A DNA stretch of 64,000 bases from Chrysomallon squamiferum (lineage: Eukaryota; Animalia; Mollusca). Shown in pieces: positions 46,989 to 61,029 of the stretch. The translations under genes and the position numbers were made by a program. The notes below the pieces were generated by a model, which saw only the letters and a list, made by a program, of their open reading frames with translations, made no database searches and was not told the origin of the DNA. Numbering within the stretch: position 1 is the first letter of the stretch; the number at the start of each line of letters is the position of its first letter. The stretch spans positions 11,284,001-11,348,000 of the forward strand of contig CM022672.1 of assembly GCA_012295275.1 (NCBI GenBank), in the 5' to 3' direction.

Positions 46989-49900
46989 TCAGAACAGTCA
47001 CAATTCAGTCAGACAGTACAGTGAAAAAATTTAATACAAGCATAGGACAATACTTTTAATGATAATTATAATAAATCGTGAACAAAAAACTAAATTGTTT
47101 AATATTTACATAGAATCATACATATGGTAAAAACATGCGAAAGAGAGAGTGCGAAACTTATATCGTCTGTATTCAGAGACACGCAGAAAAAAGTTAAAAC
47201 TTCCCTTTTCCCCTGGAACTAATTTCCGATAATAATAAGAAGAATTTTTGTCAAAGCAGAGTCTCTGAATGACTGGAATTATTATAAAGAAAAAATTAAA
47301 AAAACCCCATTAAATAGACATAAATAAATAACAGTTATAAAAACTGACACAATTTTCACTTATTTAACATAATTATTTAAAAACCAATTTTTTTTTTTTT
47401 TATATCATCGCTAATTTTTTAAAAATCCATTCTGACTTTAACCATTTTAGAAAAAAAGATCAATACGAGATCTTTTCAGCGTGTTGCCATTATCACAACG
47501 AATTTATGGAATTTCGGTTCAGACCATCTCAATAGCCACAGCTACTAGAGAGCGCTCACAAGTATGCGCCAATCGTAATGAAGTATGGAAACAATTTCCG
47601 GTTATTCATTTAAATCTGTAGATGTCGCCCTTTCCACTTCCTGTCTTGGGCAGATGTCGAATATGAAGTCGTTTCTGTGGGATTCTGATTAACATTTATT
47701 CCTTCGATAGTCAACGGTTACTGGAAACGTCTAACTCGAAATTTACGTAATAAAAATTATCATCATCGTCTTAACCATCTACAGGACTGATTAATTGAAT
47801 TATGTTTACATTCGTCCGTAAGTCATCTTCTCCTGTTTGAACAGAATACGATGGTAGAGGCTGACATCCTGCCATGTGACAAACATTGTCAACCCTTAGA
47901 AACTAGCTGGCCTTTATAGCGACCAAACATTTTATAGCAATATCCCGACAGGCTGTTAAAAAGGCCAAACTGTCACATAGAGAATTTCTCTCGTTTGTTT
48001 TAAACAATATCAGTTGTGTATATATTGAGTAAATTATTTTTTTTTTTTTTTTTTTATTGTTGTATTGTTTTATTTTGGGTTATTTTCTGTAGAAATTTCA
48101 TAAGAATTTTCAAACTACGATACACCAATATCATCACTAATTTCTTTAATTATCAGCTTGTAATCAATCTACCTATAGCTTTGAATAAATGTGAGTGTGC
48201 TTCCATAAAAAAAAATGGTATCTGTTGTGGGAACATTTGACATCACCAAGTCAGGTATTTAGCAATATATACTCGTCTGTTTAAATGTCTGAACGGAGAT
48301 CACATCTATGAGAATAATCTGAAAGCCACTAGTAGTAGCCTACTTATTAACTTTTTAACAGTAATTATTATTTTAAAAATCACTTAAAGGAGATTGTGTT
48401 CAACAAAGCAATTAAGAATATCGACATTTGTCATCTGTATTTGTCGCACGAGGAGGATAAGGCATTTTCAACTTTGATTTCGAGTGTTTGGTCCTCAGCA
48501 GAACGCTAATTACGTCATTCACTGGAATTGACATTTATGATTGGTGTGAATATTTACGTTAATTGCACGTGACAAAACGCTGGTTTCAATAGCAACGTAT
48601 TTGACGTTAGCTTCTGGGTTTTTTTTTTTTTTTTTATTTCGTGTAGTTTCGAAGAAAAGCCATTTTGGCGAAAGGTGAAATGAATGGACGAAGCAAAGTC
48701 AAACGTTTCTCGGACGTAGTGATCGTGGCGTGTGATTTACGTCTGTCGCCACATTAACTATAATGGGAGATTTACTTCCGCGCCACTTACTAAACATTAC
48801 TGAGACTGCAATTACGTCAGTCAGTTAAATACATCTTTAGTGGTGAATTCTGAAGCCAGCGCGCGGAGGCAGGCTGGGCAACTGGATCTGGTAAATGATC
48901 TACACCATAGGAAATGTGCTTTGTTTTCTGCAGTTCAAGCGCAGCAAGGCTGGGCTGTTGGAAACGGTAGATCGTATAACCATTTTCTAAATATGTTTTG
49001 TACCCTACAACTGAAGCACTGGTCTTTAGACCAGAAAATTATAGATATTAAAACCCCATCACAATGACTCATCGATTTGACAGTGAACTCTGGTCAAATT
49101 GAGGGATGTTATCAGAAATAAAATTAAAAAGTCGTTGATACCAAATCCTTTGATTTTTCTTCTTCAAGGTTGAGTGTTAGAAAGGTTGAGTGATTTTACG
49201 ACTTGGTGCAAAATGTTGTTTATTACATCGATAAATCTGTTATCTTTTACCTACAGCATTACTGTAAAATGGCATATTTAACATTCCCTTGGCGAAAAAT
49301 AACATCGTTAACAATTAACAAATCTAGCAATAATCTACTTGTTCGTTCCACTGGTTGTTAAACTGAATTTACACTAGTGTTAGGCTTCATAAAAATAAAC
49401 TGTGTACCATCCTTTTGATACGAAAACTTAAACGAGGATGAGAAAATTTTAAATATCGAAGTCTGTAGAAAGTCTATTGCTGGCGAAATTTAATAAATAA
49501 TGAACGATATTTAGTCCTAATTCTTGCTCTGCTCATATCACCTTGAACGTTTAATTTATTTTTTAAATTCAGTGCAAATATGCGCATTAAAAAAGTATCG
49601 TTTATTTCCGAGTGCGCTGTTCTAGTCCAAATTAAACATATTCTTGTTATTCTTACGCAGTTAACCAAAATATATTTCCATCGTGCAGTTTCACTCGTTG
49701 CCTTAGTGGTTTTCACCTTCAGTGGATATAAAAGTGACTTACTGTTTAACTTTGCTTATCGTGGTCACGAAAAATTAATATAAAACCACGTGTAGAATCA
49801 CGAATAAAATCACTGCATCTCTATTTTCCAACTAAGCAGCTAACACACTAATGTTCTGTGGGATAAGAAATTCAGGCACTTTTACTGTAACGCACTTGAA

Positions 49901-50022
49901 CCTTCAGTGCATGCAAACATTTCCAGACGTTGAAGTGTACTTATGGTTATCAGAAGAACTATTCTCTGCATACTTTCAGGTTATGAATTATTTGTTTATT
50001 TCTTATTTTTTGGTTTTTATTT

Positions 50023-50053
<31 letters not shown>

Positions 50054-50179
50054 TATTTAATTTCATTCTTCTTATTATTATTTATTTTATTTTATTTTAT
50101 ATTTTTTTTATTTTGTTTATTATTTATTTGTTATTTTATTTATTTATTTATTTATTTAATTAATAAAGAAATATAGCAA

Positions 50180-50460
50180 CGAATCGGTACATTTTAAAAA
50201 TATCTGGGCGCCGCCATTTTTCCAAAATCGTGATGTCATCACGTATAGTTTCTTTTTCAGTTATCATGACTGCAGTTGTAAAGGGGCAAAATGGCGGCGT
50301 TCAAATCTTTTGTAACAGTTTTATTGTTATACTTTGTTTTGAACGGTGATAGGCACGGAAAAGAATACAGTCATAATATTTTCTGGAAAGTATAAACAGT
50401 TTTGATAAAACAATTCATTTTTAACGTATGCTTGGCCGTCACAAAGTGCACCCATTCACC
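50180..50460 (+). repeat. Dispersed repeat with internal 12-bp inverted repeat CGCCGCCATTTT / AAAATGGCGGCG
   Basis: IR arms at 50209-50220 and 50288-50299; collinear similarity to 34900-35070. Confidence 0.55.
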
Positions 50461-50571
50461 TTTTGTAAAATCCATGCGTCTCGTGTACGTTACTGATTTA
50501 ACCCAGAAAAACAACTGAGCCATTATCATTAATATTATTTTTAGAGCACGTTATCTTTAATAACCTGTTGT

Positions 50572-50636
<65 letters not shown>

Positions 50637-51190
50637 AGACGCAGAGACATACATTTATAATTCTAAGATAGTTTAAATCAAACTACTTTATTTCAGAGCT
50701 AAGATTTCGTCGTACGCAAACAAAACACACCCAAACTTCTGATGTCACAAATACGCAGCGGGACTGAATAAACTGTTTCTCTACTTAAACAATGGAACAG
50801 CAGTTTGTTATTTTTATTTTTTATTTTTTTATTTTTTTTTTTTTTTATTTTTTTTATTATTATTATTTTTTTTTTTTCATATCAACCGCTGACACGCATG
50901 TGTAAGCATCACCTTTTTTTTTTTTTTTTTTTTTTTTTATTCAAGACAATTATAAATAGCTGTGTGTACTTCGACGAAAATAGATTGTTGCTGTGTATCT
51001 GCGTCAATAATTGCTCCGATGTTTTATTGATAACTGTTTACCTTACTAATTACCGCATACTTTAGTAATGCTTCACTGTTTATTTTGTCTGTGATTAAAA
51101 CGAGATAGATTATGTGCTGCTAGTTTTATTAACGATAAAGAAATATTTCGAGTTATTGTTGTCTATTATCTCTCTTTATCTTGCTTATAG

Positions 51191-51258
<68 letters not shown>

Positions 51259-51370
51259 ATGGATCAGTGTGACGGTGTTTAACATCTATCTGTCTGTCCA
51301 TTCATCCATCCGTTAGTATGTCTGTATGTTTGTCTTTCTATTTATTTGTTTGTCTTTCTGTCTGTGTATG

Positions 51371-51409
<39 letters not shown>

Positions 51410-51582
51410 GTATGTCTGTCCGTCTGTCTATCTGTTTACCTATCTGTGTGTTTGTCTGTCTGACTTTCATTTTATCAGTTTATAGATCAGTATGTCTGTC
51501 TACCTATCTACCTTTCCGATGGTATGTGTGTTTGTCAATCTACTTTCTACTTCTTCTTTTTTTTCTAAATATTGCTTTTTAA

Positions 51583-51641
<59 letters not shown>

Positions 51642-51888
51642 TACTATTATTAGTAGTAGTAGATGTGGTACTGGTAATGCTAGCATTATTGTATTAAGAA
51701 TTTGTTTTCATTATTTTGGAATCTGTTACACGTTAAATACAATATTTTATATACAGTCTTTTGGTTTTTAACATTTTTTGTTTTGAAAACAAATCTGTGT
51801 TTTAGATTAATAACAATGAAAACTGCTTTATAATAAAAATATGAACAAAAACAACAATAATAAATAAATAAAAAAAAAACAAAACAAA

Positions 51889-51927
<39 letters not shown>

Positions 51928-52611
51928 ACAAGGAAAAAAAAAAATAAATAAATAAAAAAAAAAAAAAAAAAAAAAAGTATAATTAAATAAAACACAAGAA
52001 AAACTTTATCCAGGAAACGTTACGTTGATATTTATCTACAAGTTTATGTTAGCAGGGTACTGCATGTTTTGATTGCAATTCAGTTCGTCTGAAATTAATC
52101 GATTTTCTTTAGGTTAAAGCGACCAAAGCTAAGCTCTCTGTAATAAAGTTATGTGAATAAAACTAATTTAGAATTATAAATGTATCTTCAATAACTATAG
52201 CATGTTTACCTTATAGTTATAACTCTAACACAACACCATTATCGTCGTAATCGTAACGAATAAAACATAGATAGGTAATAAAATTAGAAATAACAATATC
52301 TGTTGATCGAAATAAAACAAATAAAAGAGGGTAATGTGGAAGCAAACAAATGTTATATTTATATATAGAAACTTAAAGAAATAAAGAAAGATAAATAATA
52401 ATAAATATACAAATAAATAACAAAAGTATTAATAAAGCTAAAACAATTTATTTGTAAGCTATTTTTTTTATGTCTATTTCCGTGTGTACAATAAAAATTT
52501 AAATATTTTGCGGTGTTTTATTTATGCATTTATAAATTTATAAAAACATCCAAAGTATTAATGAAGCCATGAAATATATATAAGTAATTTTCAAAATTTT
52601 ATTTCCTTATG

Positions 52612-52645
<34 letters not shown>

Positions 52646-52845
52646 TATTATTTTTAAAATTCAGTATGTTTTAAAAAGAAAGAAAAAATATTTTGTTCTT
52701 TTGTCGATTGATGTCGTTTAAAAAAATAAATGATACAAATAATTCTTAGAAAAGATGTTTATCTATCTATTATATATATAAAAAAACAGGCATCCATATA
52801 CACACATATATAATATATACATAGGTACATACCTACCTATCTACC

Positions 52846-52901
<56 letters not shown>

Positions 52902-54128
52902 TAAATATACACACATGTGTGCACGTGTGTGTGTGTATGTAAATATAGACATATATACTTTATATAAAAAAAATTTCACCCCATCGCTATAAAATCTTCT
53001 ATTACATTTGAACAACAGATTTTTATAGCCATTTGCTATTCACGACATTTTGCTTTTAGGCCTTTATTCCAACACCACTACTGCAGCGACGACGATGCCA
53101 ATGAAACGTTGACATTGTTCCCCTGCAATAATTGAAATCAATAATGGAAGATCAGGCTTTTCAAATATGCAATTTGGTTTCATGTAACTGGGATTACTTG
53201 CCAATACCTCTCTCCGTCCCGTTCCTTCTCTCTGATCAAATACTGTTATAATTGCCTATTCATTCATTCTATTCTAGCTTTTTTTTTTTTTTTTTTTTTC
53301 TTTGTCATTCCGACCCCGAGCTGTTATTTCGTTCTTGATTTATTTGGTAACTACCAATACTGATGCGAGACTTACAGAAAGTGTGATGGGGAATGTGTTT
53401 GTGTTTGTTTGTTGTGTGTGCGTGCGTGCGTGCGTGCCTGGGTGTGTGTGCGAGCGTTTGTATGTATAAATGTATTCATGTATATGGGTGTGTGAATTAT
53501 ATATATATATATATATATATATAATAAAATGGCTCTTGTGCTGTTCTTTTTAAATAAAACTTTTTTGGTATACGTGTATCTCTCTCTATATATATATGTA
53601 CATACGAACGAGAGACATACATACATACATATATACATACATACATACGAACATACGTATGCATGTATGTAACTATGCATTAATATATGCATATGTATGT
53701 ATGTGTATACGTACGTGTAGGTTTGTGTGGTTGTGTGTATGTGTATATATGTATGTATATGTGTATAAAACTTTACCAAGATTAAAATATAATTTAACCT
53801 TCGTTGATGACCGAACTAATAGATGGTGGAATTTGTCGCAGATGGATGTATTGTAAAGCACTAAGCCTGTAATTATAGTTCAAAAATAAAACCATTTATG
53901 AATAATATATTAGTTTACGGGATATTGGAACTGCACAGTCCATAAAGTAGCTGATTATTACTTTATATCGATGTAATTGAAACGTAAAATCATTAATAAC
54001 AGGCTGTAATGTCATTTTCGATATGAAATCAGATTGATTTTCTAATTGTATGAAAATGTTTCAGTAATCGAAACTCGTTAAATAAACACTGCCCAGTGTT
54101 ATACAAATATACACTCATAGTGAGATGG

Positions 54129-54202
<74 letters not shown>

Positions 54203-55929
54203 ATAAAAACACACACACAGTCACACACACGAAGAGAGAGAAAGCAAACTGAAGAAACAAATCTTAGTTGGCGTTATGACGAATGTTAAAACAGAACTTA
54301 ACTAACAATATTTAGTCAGAATAAAAAAAAAGAAAGATAACGACGGATAGGAGTCGACAAAAAAAAATTTAAAATCAACAAACAGAAGAAAAAAAAAACA
54401 AACAACCAAATAAACAAGCCTATGTTTCAGGAATATCCATAGAAAATATTTTGATCACCGAGATTAATTATTCAGGTAATTTTGTTGCCCATTGTCGCCC
54501 ATTACCACCTTCCCTGGACCAGTGTCAGTTCTCGCTATTTAACCAGGTACACACAATAATGAACATAATTCTATACCAGCAACCGATGACATGACGTCAA
54601 TTTTAAATATACCCTCCTCATCTGATAAAGTCAATAGCAGGGCAAACGCCAAGGTTTTTAATTTTCTGTAAACCAGTCGCGTTTTTAGAGTGTGCTTCCA
54701 TCTTCTGTTTGCTAATGAGCTTTAATGGTCCCATTCAGATTCTCAGTCAATTTCCACTGGGAAGATTTTACAGTGCTAAACTTAAATACAACTAATGAAG
54801 CCATTATTATTAGCGGGTTACTATCGATGACAAGTCGTATGGCGATATTTTTGAAGAGACACCGTCATTATTATTATAATATCTCAATCGTTTCTGGTCT
54901 GTTTCTGATCTAAACATTTGTGTTTAATCTATAACCAAATATTTGACCCGTTTCCAGGAAAGGTACTCAAAGTCACTGATGGCGATCGCTGTTAAACCTT
55001 TTGCAACGAGTAATGGCTTTTTTTTTTTTTTTACTTATTATTTATAAATTTTCAGGGAGTTTAAGTTCTTATTATGAGCTTCTATGATCAATTTCACAAT
55101 TAAAGAAACGCATTAATTGTTTTTCTTATAAACTGAATTGAAAATATTTCTTTTGGGTGTCAAAAGGACTTAAATTTACCCTCTGTAGTTTTATGCCATC
55201 TATCGTATTTAAAGAGCAATAACTACATTTCGAGTTCTCATTAATCCTTTATTTTGTAGTTGCTACATAAATAAATATTTTAAAAGGTCACTTTTATACA
55301 TTTTTAAATATTCCTTTTTCCCCAGTGGTGATTATCACAAATGTTTCTAATTTTTCTGTAAGTATTAATCACTTGATTTGAATAAAGAAGTAATGATAAT
55401 AACATAATTAGTAGTAGAAAAAATAGTTGTACTATTAGCGAAAGTGGTTGTAACTGTGGTAGTAGTAGTAGTAACAGTAGTAGTGGTAGTAATAGTAGTG
55501 GTGGTAGTAGTTGTAGCAGTAATATCACAAGTAATATTCACCTTGTAATTCAATATAGAAACAATATAAATGATCTGTGGTTGTTTCTTTTAGGAAAGCA
55601 ATCAATTAAAATCATACATCCACTATTAAACCATCTATTACATATCTCGTTGTTATAAATAAAAAATGTAGATTAGTTATGCTCAGTCTCCTATGAAGGA
55701 ATAAACTGAATGGTCACGCAAAATAAAAGTGGAATAAAAGTCAATACACATCAACGGTTTAATGCGCAAACATATGTTGGTTATATTAATTAACGAGGAA
55801 ATAATTTAGGACATATTCTGATCATTTGATATAGTTAATAGTCTTGATGTTTGATATATTTCAAATTGGCTAGATTTGGCGAAAAAGATTTAGTAATAAC
55901 TAAAATTGTTAATCCTAGCAGTGATTAAA

Positions 55930-56290
55930 GAATTTGCTGTGTGGTATCGACTGTCTTATCTATAGAATGGTGCAAAATAAAAGTTCTTTGATGTTAACGG
56001 GTTGAGAATTTCTTGTGTGATATGTAATATCCTGTCTGTGGAAAAGATCCCTTGAAGCCATTCGGTAAATAATTTGCTATATAGTATGTAATATCCTGTA
56101 ATTGTTATGCAGTATGTAATACCCTCTATTTGTTAAGTTGTGTCTAATATTCTGTAATTGTTATGCAGTATGTAATATCCTGTAATTGTTGTGCTGTAAC
56201 TTATATCCTGTAACAGTGAAGGTACATATAAAAGATTCCTTACTGCTCAGAATAAAAGAATATCCCATGAAGTAGCGACAGCGGTTTTTT
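55930..56290 (+). mobile_element. Clustered Meta/MESC-type SINE remnants with an internal 28-bp minisatellite
   Basis: tatcctgtctgtggaaaagatcccttg (56028-56054) and tatcctgtaacagtgaaggtacatataaaagattccttactgct...cccatgaagtagcgacagcggttt (56204-56288) flank 4-5 copies of agtatgtaatatcctgtaattgttatgc (56083-56214). Confidence 0.7.
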
Positions 56291-57435
56291 AAGACAAAAA
56301 TACAGCAATAAAAGGAAATGGTAGCATTTACCTTGCAACACAATGCAGAAGCGATAGAAACTGTCTGTAGCCGTTTTTATGTGACCCTTGGGCTTACAAG
56401 GAGATGGTTATTTTTGACAACTCATTTAAAACGTCTTTATATAGTGTTTCAACCATGCACAATGCATGATTTGGACATGAACAATATCCACGAAGCATGA
56501 ATTAAAAACCTATTACAACAACATGTATCTGAGTCTAATTCTGAATTAACAACTAAAATAAAATTAACGACAAAAATCTTGTGAAATCAACTAGAAACAT
56601 CTTAAAAATAAATTTATAAACATCTTAAAAAAAAAAAAAATAGCAGTACCATCTTTATTAACTCGAAATATAAATTAACTACAAAAATCTAACAAATTAT
56701 CTACACTATCTTCTTGTATATATACGTGGTCAACAAACGCAGCTCGATCTATCAAAGACTGCATTCTGACCGTCAGTCCGAGAAGCTTCGGCTCCTGTAA
56801 CAATTTGTATGAAAATCCAATACATCGCCGTAAAAACAAATTCTCTTGGAAAATTTCCACTTCATCACGCCAATCGAAGCCACCCGCAATATCGTACACC
56901 AAAGGATCAATTACGAATGTACCGTAGTAACAAGGTTAGTGGCTTGATGGCTAAGTGTTAGATAAACAACGAGCGCCTTATGAAAAGCACACGCGCGCAA
57001 ATTAAAGGCCTAAACGCGTGTAAGTGCGGAATGAAAAAGGGTTCGCGTGCGTCGTTTGTTTGGAAAACAGGCGGGTGTACCGAGCGGAACTAACTGGTGA
57101 ACTAACAAGACTAAGTGAGTTTCTAAATCGCTCGCGTCACGCCAGATTCGTGTACGTTTCGACGCGGTATTGATTGAATAATAATATGCCGAGTATTCAC
57201 ACCTTTGTTATGTGTTATTTGCCAGCGTAAGTGTTTCTTTCATAGAGTCATTTAAAAAAAAAAAAAAAAAAATTATATATATATTATATTTGTTTATCCA
57301 GAAAAAAAAGCACAGCAAGTTAAATATTATGATTATTTCTATGCAGGACGGATTTCCCACAACGAAGAAGCTAAGGTTAATAAAACAAGTATGTTGTTAT
57401 ATTAATTTGAAGACGGGTATTACAGCGTTTTTACC

Positions 57436-57600
57436 TGTGTTTTAAAACAAGTACTGTACCGTTATGATTTGTGTTTTAAAACGAGTATTCTACCGTTGTT
57501 ATTTGTCTTTTAAAGCAAGTATTGTTCCGTTATTATTTGTGTTTTAAAGCAAGTATTGTTCCGTTATTATTTGTGTTTTAAAACAAATACTGAAGCATTA
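57436..57600. repeat. 34-bp minisatellite, about 5 copies
   Basis: Unit tgtgttttaaaRcaagtaYtgtWccgttattatt starting at 57436, 57470, 57504, 57538, 57572; no spacers. Confidence 0.9.
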
Positions 57601-59023
57601 TTACCAACAAGAGATCGACCTATGCATTTTAAACTGAAGATAAACACATAAATAATTCTTATTGTGGATCGAATTGGTATTAACTTTCATAATTAAAGAT
57701 TGATTTCGGACAATATCGATATTTTCTCTGTTAAAAACCGTCAAGAATTTACCTGTTATTGTCTTCCTTTACAAATAATGAAATATTGTTTCTTGACATT
57801 TAACCAGTTTTTAGTAAAAAAATGCATAGATAATTTTGTTTATAAAAACGGAACTCATTTTTTTGTTGCTGTTAGAACGAAAATAAAAAGCAAATGTTAA
57901 ACCTGAAGTAATGATGAAATTTATATGGAATTTTTTTTTTTTTTTTTTTTTTTTTTTTCAGATATATAAATAAACAGAATAGTTTTATTAAAACTAATTT
58001 CAGGGCTGTTCTTATTAATTAATCATCTATTTTAATTTCTCATTAAAAAATGTACACACATACTTATACATGTTGTCTACATAACCAGATACCTAGTTTA
58101 TTTTTGTTTAATATCGAGTCAATAATAATAAAAAAAGATTAACAACAACAACAAAAAAAACAGAAATAAAATTACAACACGACAATGAATTCTTAGAATT
58201 ACTCCATTCTGATCTTTGCTACACTAATCCAGCTATTACTGCCGCCGTTCCCTGTTGTTTTTTTTGGGTGTGGAACCGAACTTGGAGTCTGTTGCCAGGT
58301 AAACGATTTCTGCTACTTTAATTAGAGATTAACTCACATTATCTTTTCAGCGACGCCCATGCGTTACCAACCCACCCGGTGTGGTCGAAGAGAGTTTCTT
58401 TCCAAAAGCTTTTATATACAGTTAATGGAAGAGCTATGTTCTGTTCCGGCTGTTTTGAAAAGGACTATGAATAATTAATCAGAAATGAAGAATCGATGGC
58501 ACCACGTGTGAATAACAAATCTCTCCACTCGGGTGATACTTTCGGCAAACACCAAATATTTGTCAGAGCGTGCCTGTGTATAAACGTTCAGCTTGTTATA
58601 GACTTAAATATATCTACCTAACTTAGACAGATTTATATACCTGTTCAGATTTATGTGTCTCTGTCTGTGTGTCTGTGTGTCTGTGTGTGTGTGTCTGTGT
58701 CTGTACGTGTGTATGCACCAGTGTGTAGTGTGGGTATTTTCACAGGGTATTCTGATGGATAGCAACTTATTCTTGTCCCGTACTCATTTTTGTACCGCCA
58801 TCAGTTCCATGACGTATCATCGTGAGGTTTCTCAGAAAATCTGCCACGGTATTTCTTAACAGGGGACAGAAAAGTTAGTTTCCCATTATAATTCACAAGT
58901 TGGCTTACTGTTAATGATGCATTTTCCATCTTTTTGGTTGGTGTGTAGCGCTTACTTAGTTTACTTTGAATATATAAAACCTGTTCAGATCTGGCATAGT
59001 ATATCCTATTTGACATTAGATAT

Positions 59024-59065
<42 letters not shown>

Positions 59066-59068
59066 AAC

Positions 59069-59112
<44 letters not shown>

Positions 59113-60997
59113 GCAAATGAGCTTGTTGTTAGTAACTATCCTATAATTATTCATTCTAATTCTCAAAATTCTGATGTCCTCACAAATCAAAAATCACGTC
59201 ATAAGGAAAACGTATTCCTCTGATCGGCGCGCATGACATCTGACGTTGCAAAGCCGTCTATGACGTGGGATGCCGTTTCACCATTGACCAACATACGTGA
59301 CGCCGCCCCGTCTTCTGATATCGCCGCCTACGACCCGACACCGTGATTTCATCATTCCAATGCAATTTGCCACTTCCGAATTTGATAGTCAGAGTCAATA
59401 AAATCAAGGACGCGCTATGTTATTGTCATAATTTATATGAAAAGCCTTTTTTTTTTTTTTATAATCAAATACGGATATTTATTCTGTAGATTATAGTTTT
59501 TAATACTGTTTGGTATTTTTTTTTTTGTTAAGAAATAGCATATATGTACACTAAATAAATATTTATTATAGAGAAAAAAAAATATATATATATCATTATT
59601 AAAAAGGCGACATTTGTTTGTTTTTTTTTTTTTTTTTTTTTTTATTATTTTTTTTTTTAAATTCAGTCCGTTTCCTTTAGTATTTACACATTTATTCCGT
59701 CCAAGGGTTTCTCGCCTTTCAAATTATTTCATTTAGATGTAACATTCAGTTACTGACTAAAAACACCACCACCTCCAGCCCAAACTCTTACACAATTCAA
59801 ATACCTACATACGAGAGAAACGTAAAAACAATACTAAAATAATCAGTTCGACTGCTGGCTAAAGGAAAATGTCTTGAAGTAATTTCACAAACAGTTAAAT
59901 TCATGAAATGAAGACACTCAAGTATAAACGAGATATTGCACATCATACGTCTATTTCCTGTTAATCGAAATTACAAAAGAGCTAAAGACTTAAACGTCAT
60001 GTTACCAGATTGTTCAAACTTCTTACATCACACATACAATGTGATATATTTTTCATTTGTAGATTTCAAATAATAATTTTGCAATACAAATGTTAAGGTA
60101 TAAAGGCTAACCCTATAAACCTAGAATATAAAGAGAAAATAATATTTAAAAATATACGTTTTATATAAAACAGATCAAACTAAATTAGAAAATATTTTTG
60201 GCATTTTAATATAAAATATAGCTACAAAATTTCCATTTAATTAGCCTTTCGCTTCATTACATTTTCAATGTTGGGTTATGCAACATTAGCTTGATTTGTG
60301 ATAGATCGCTCATTTTGGCAGACATTACAAAATGTGACAACTGCATTCTTAACCGTGAAAAGTAATAATAATGGAGTACAGAAAAAAGAAAAAAAACAAC
60401 ATCATGGTTATTTGGCACAGCCTGCTGATATTAAAAAAATTATTATTATTGTTATAATTATAACTAAATGAAGAAAAACTGATGAATACAAGGTGAAACA
60501 AAAAGTCATCTGTTATTTTAAAACATTTATTTGGCAAATCTTTTCCTTACTGGGTTAAAGAGCTCGCAACATCCGGTGTTAGAAAACATGCTTTTGATTT
60601 GTTTACAGAATTTAAGAATTACTTTGACCCGACCTCCAAGATAAAAAAAAAAATAAAATAAAATAAAATAAAATAAAATAAATAAATAAATAAATAAAGT
60701 AAAGTTTTATTTTTGAAAATATACTTATTTTTAGCATTACTAATGTGATGTCATTTGAAGCATACTTTGTGATGTATCCATGGGTTTATCGTTTCAAATC
60801 ACATTACCAGTGTTTAATTATCGACTTTTTCACCTAGAAAATTATTCAATATTTATAATATTCTTCTATTTCTCATAATACATAAAAGCTGAGAAAACAA
60901 AATATTTTAACAAATTTCGTAACTTAAAATATAATACATTAATAATAATAATAATAATATGTACAAGTTAAACAAGGGGAAATAAATGAACAGAGCA

Positions 60998-61029
<32 letters not shown>

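Noticed and set aside
57436-57600. CRISPR-like 34-bp repeats
   Set aside because: Head-to-tail units with no unique spacers, no cas genes, eukaryotic context.
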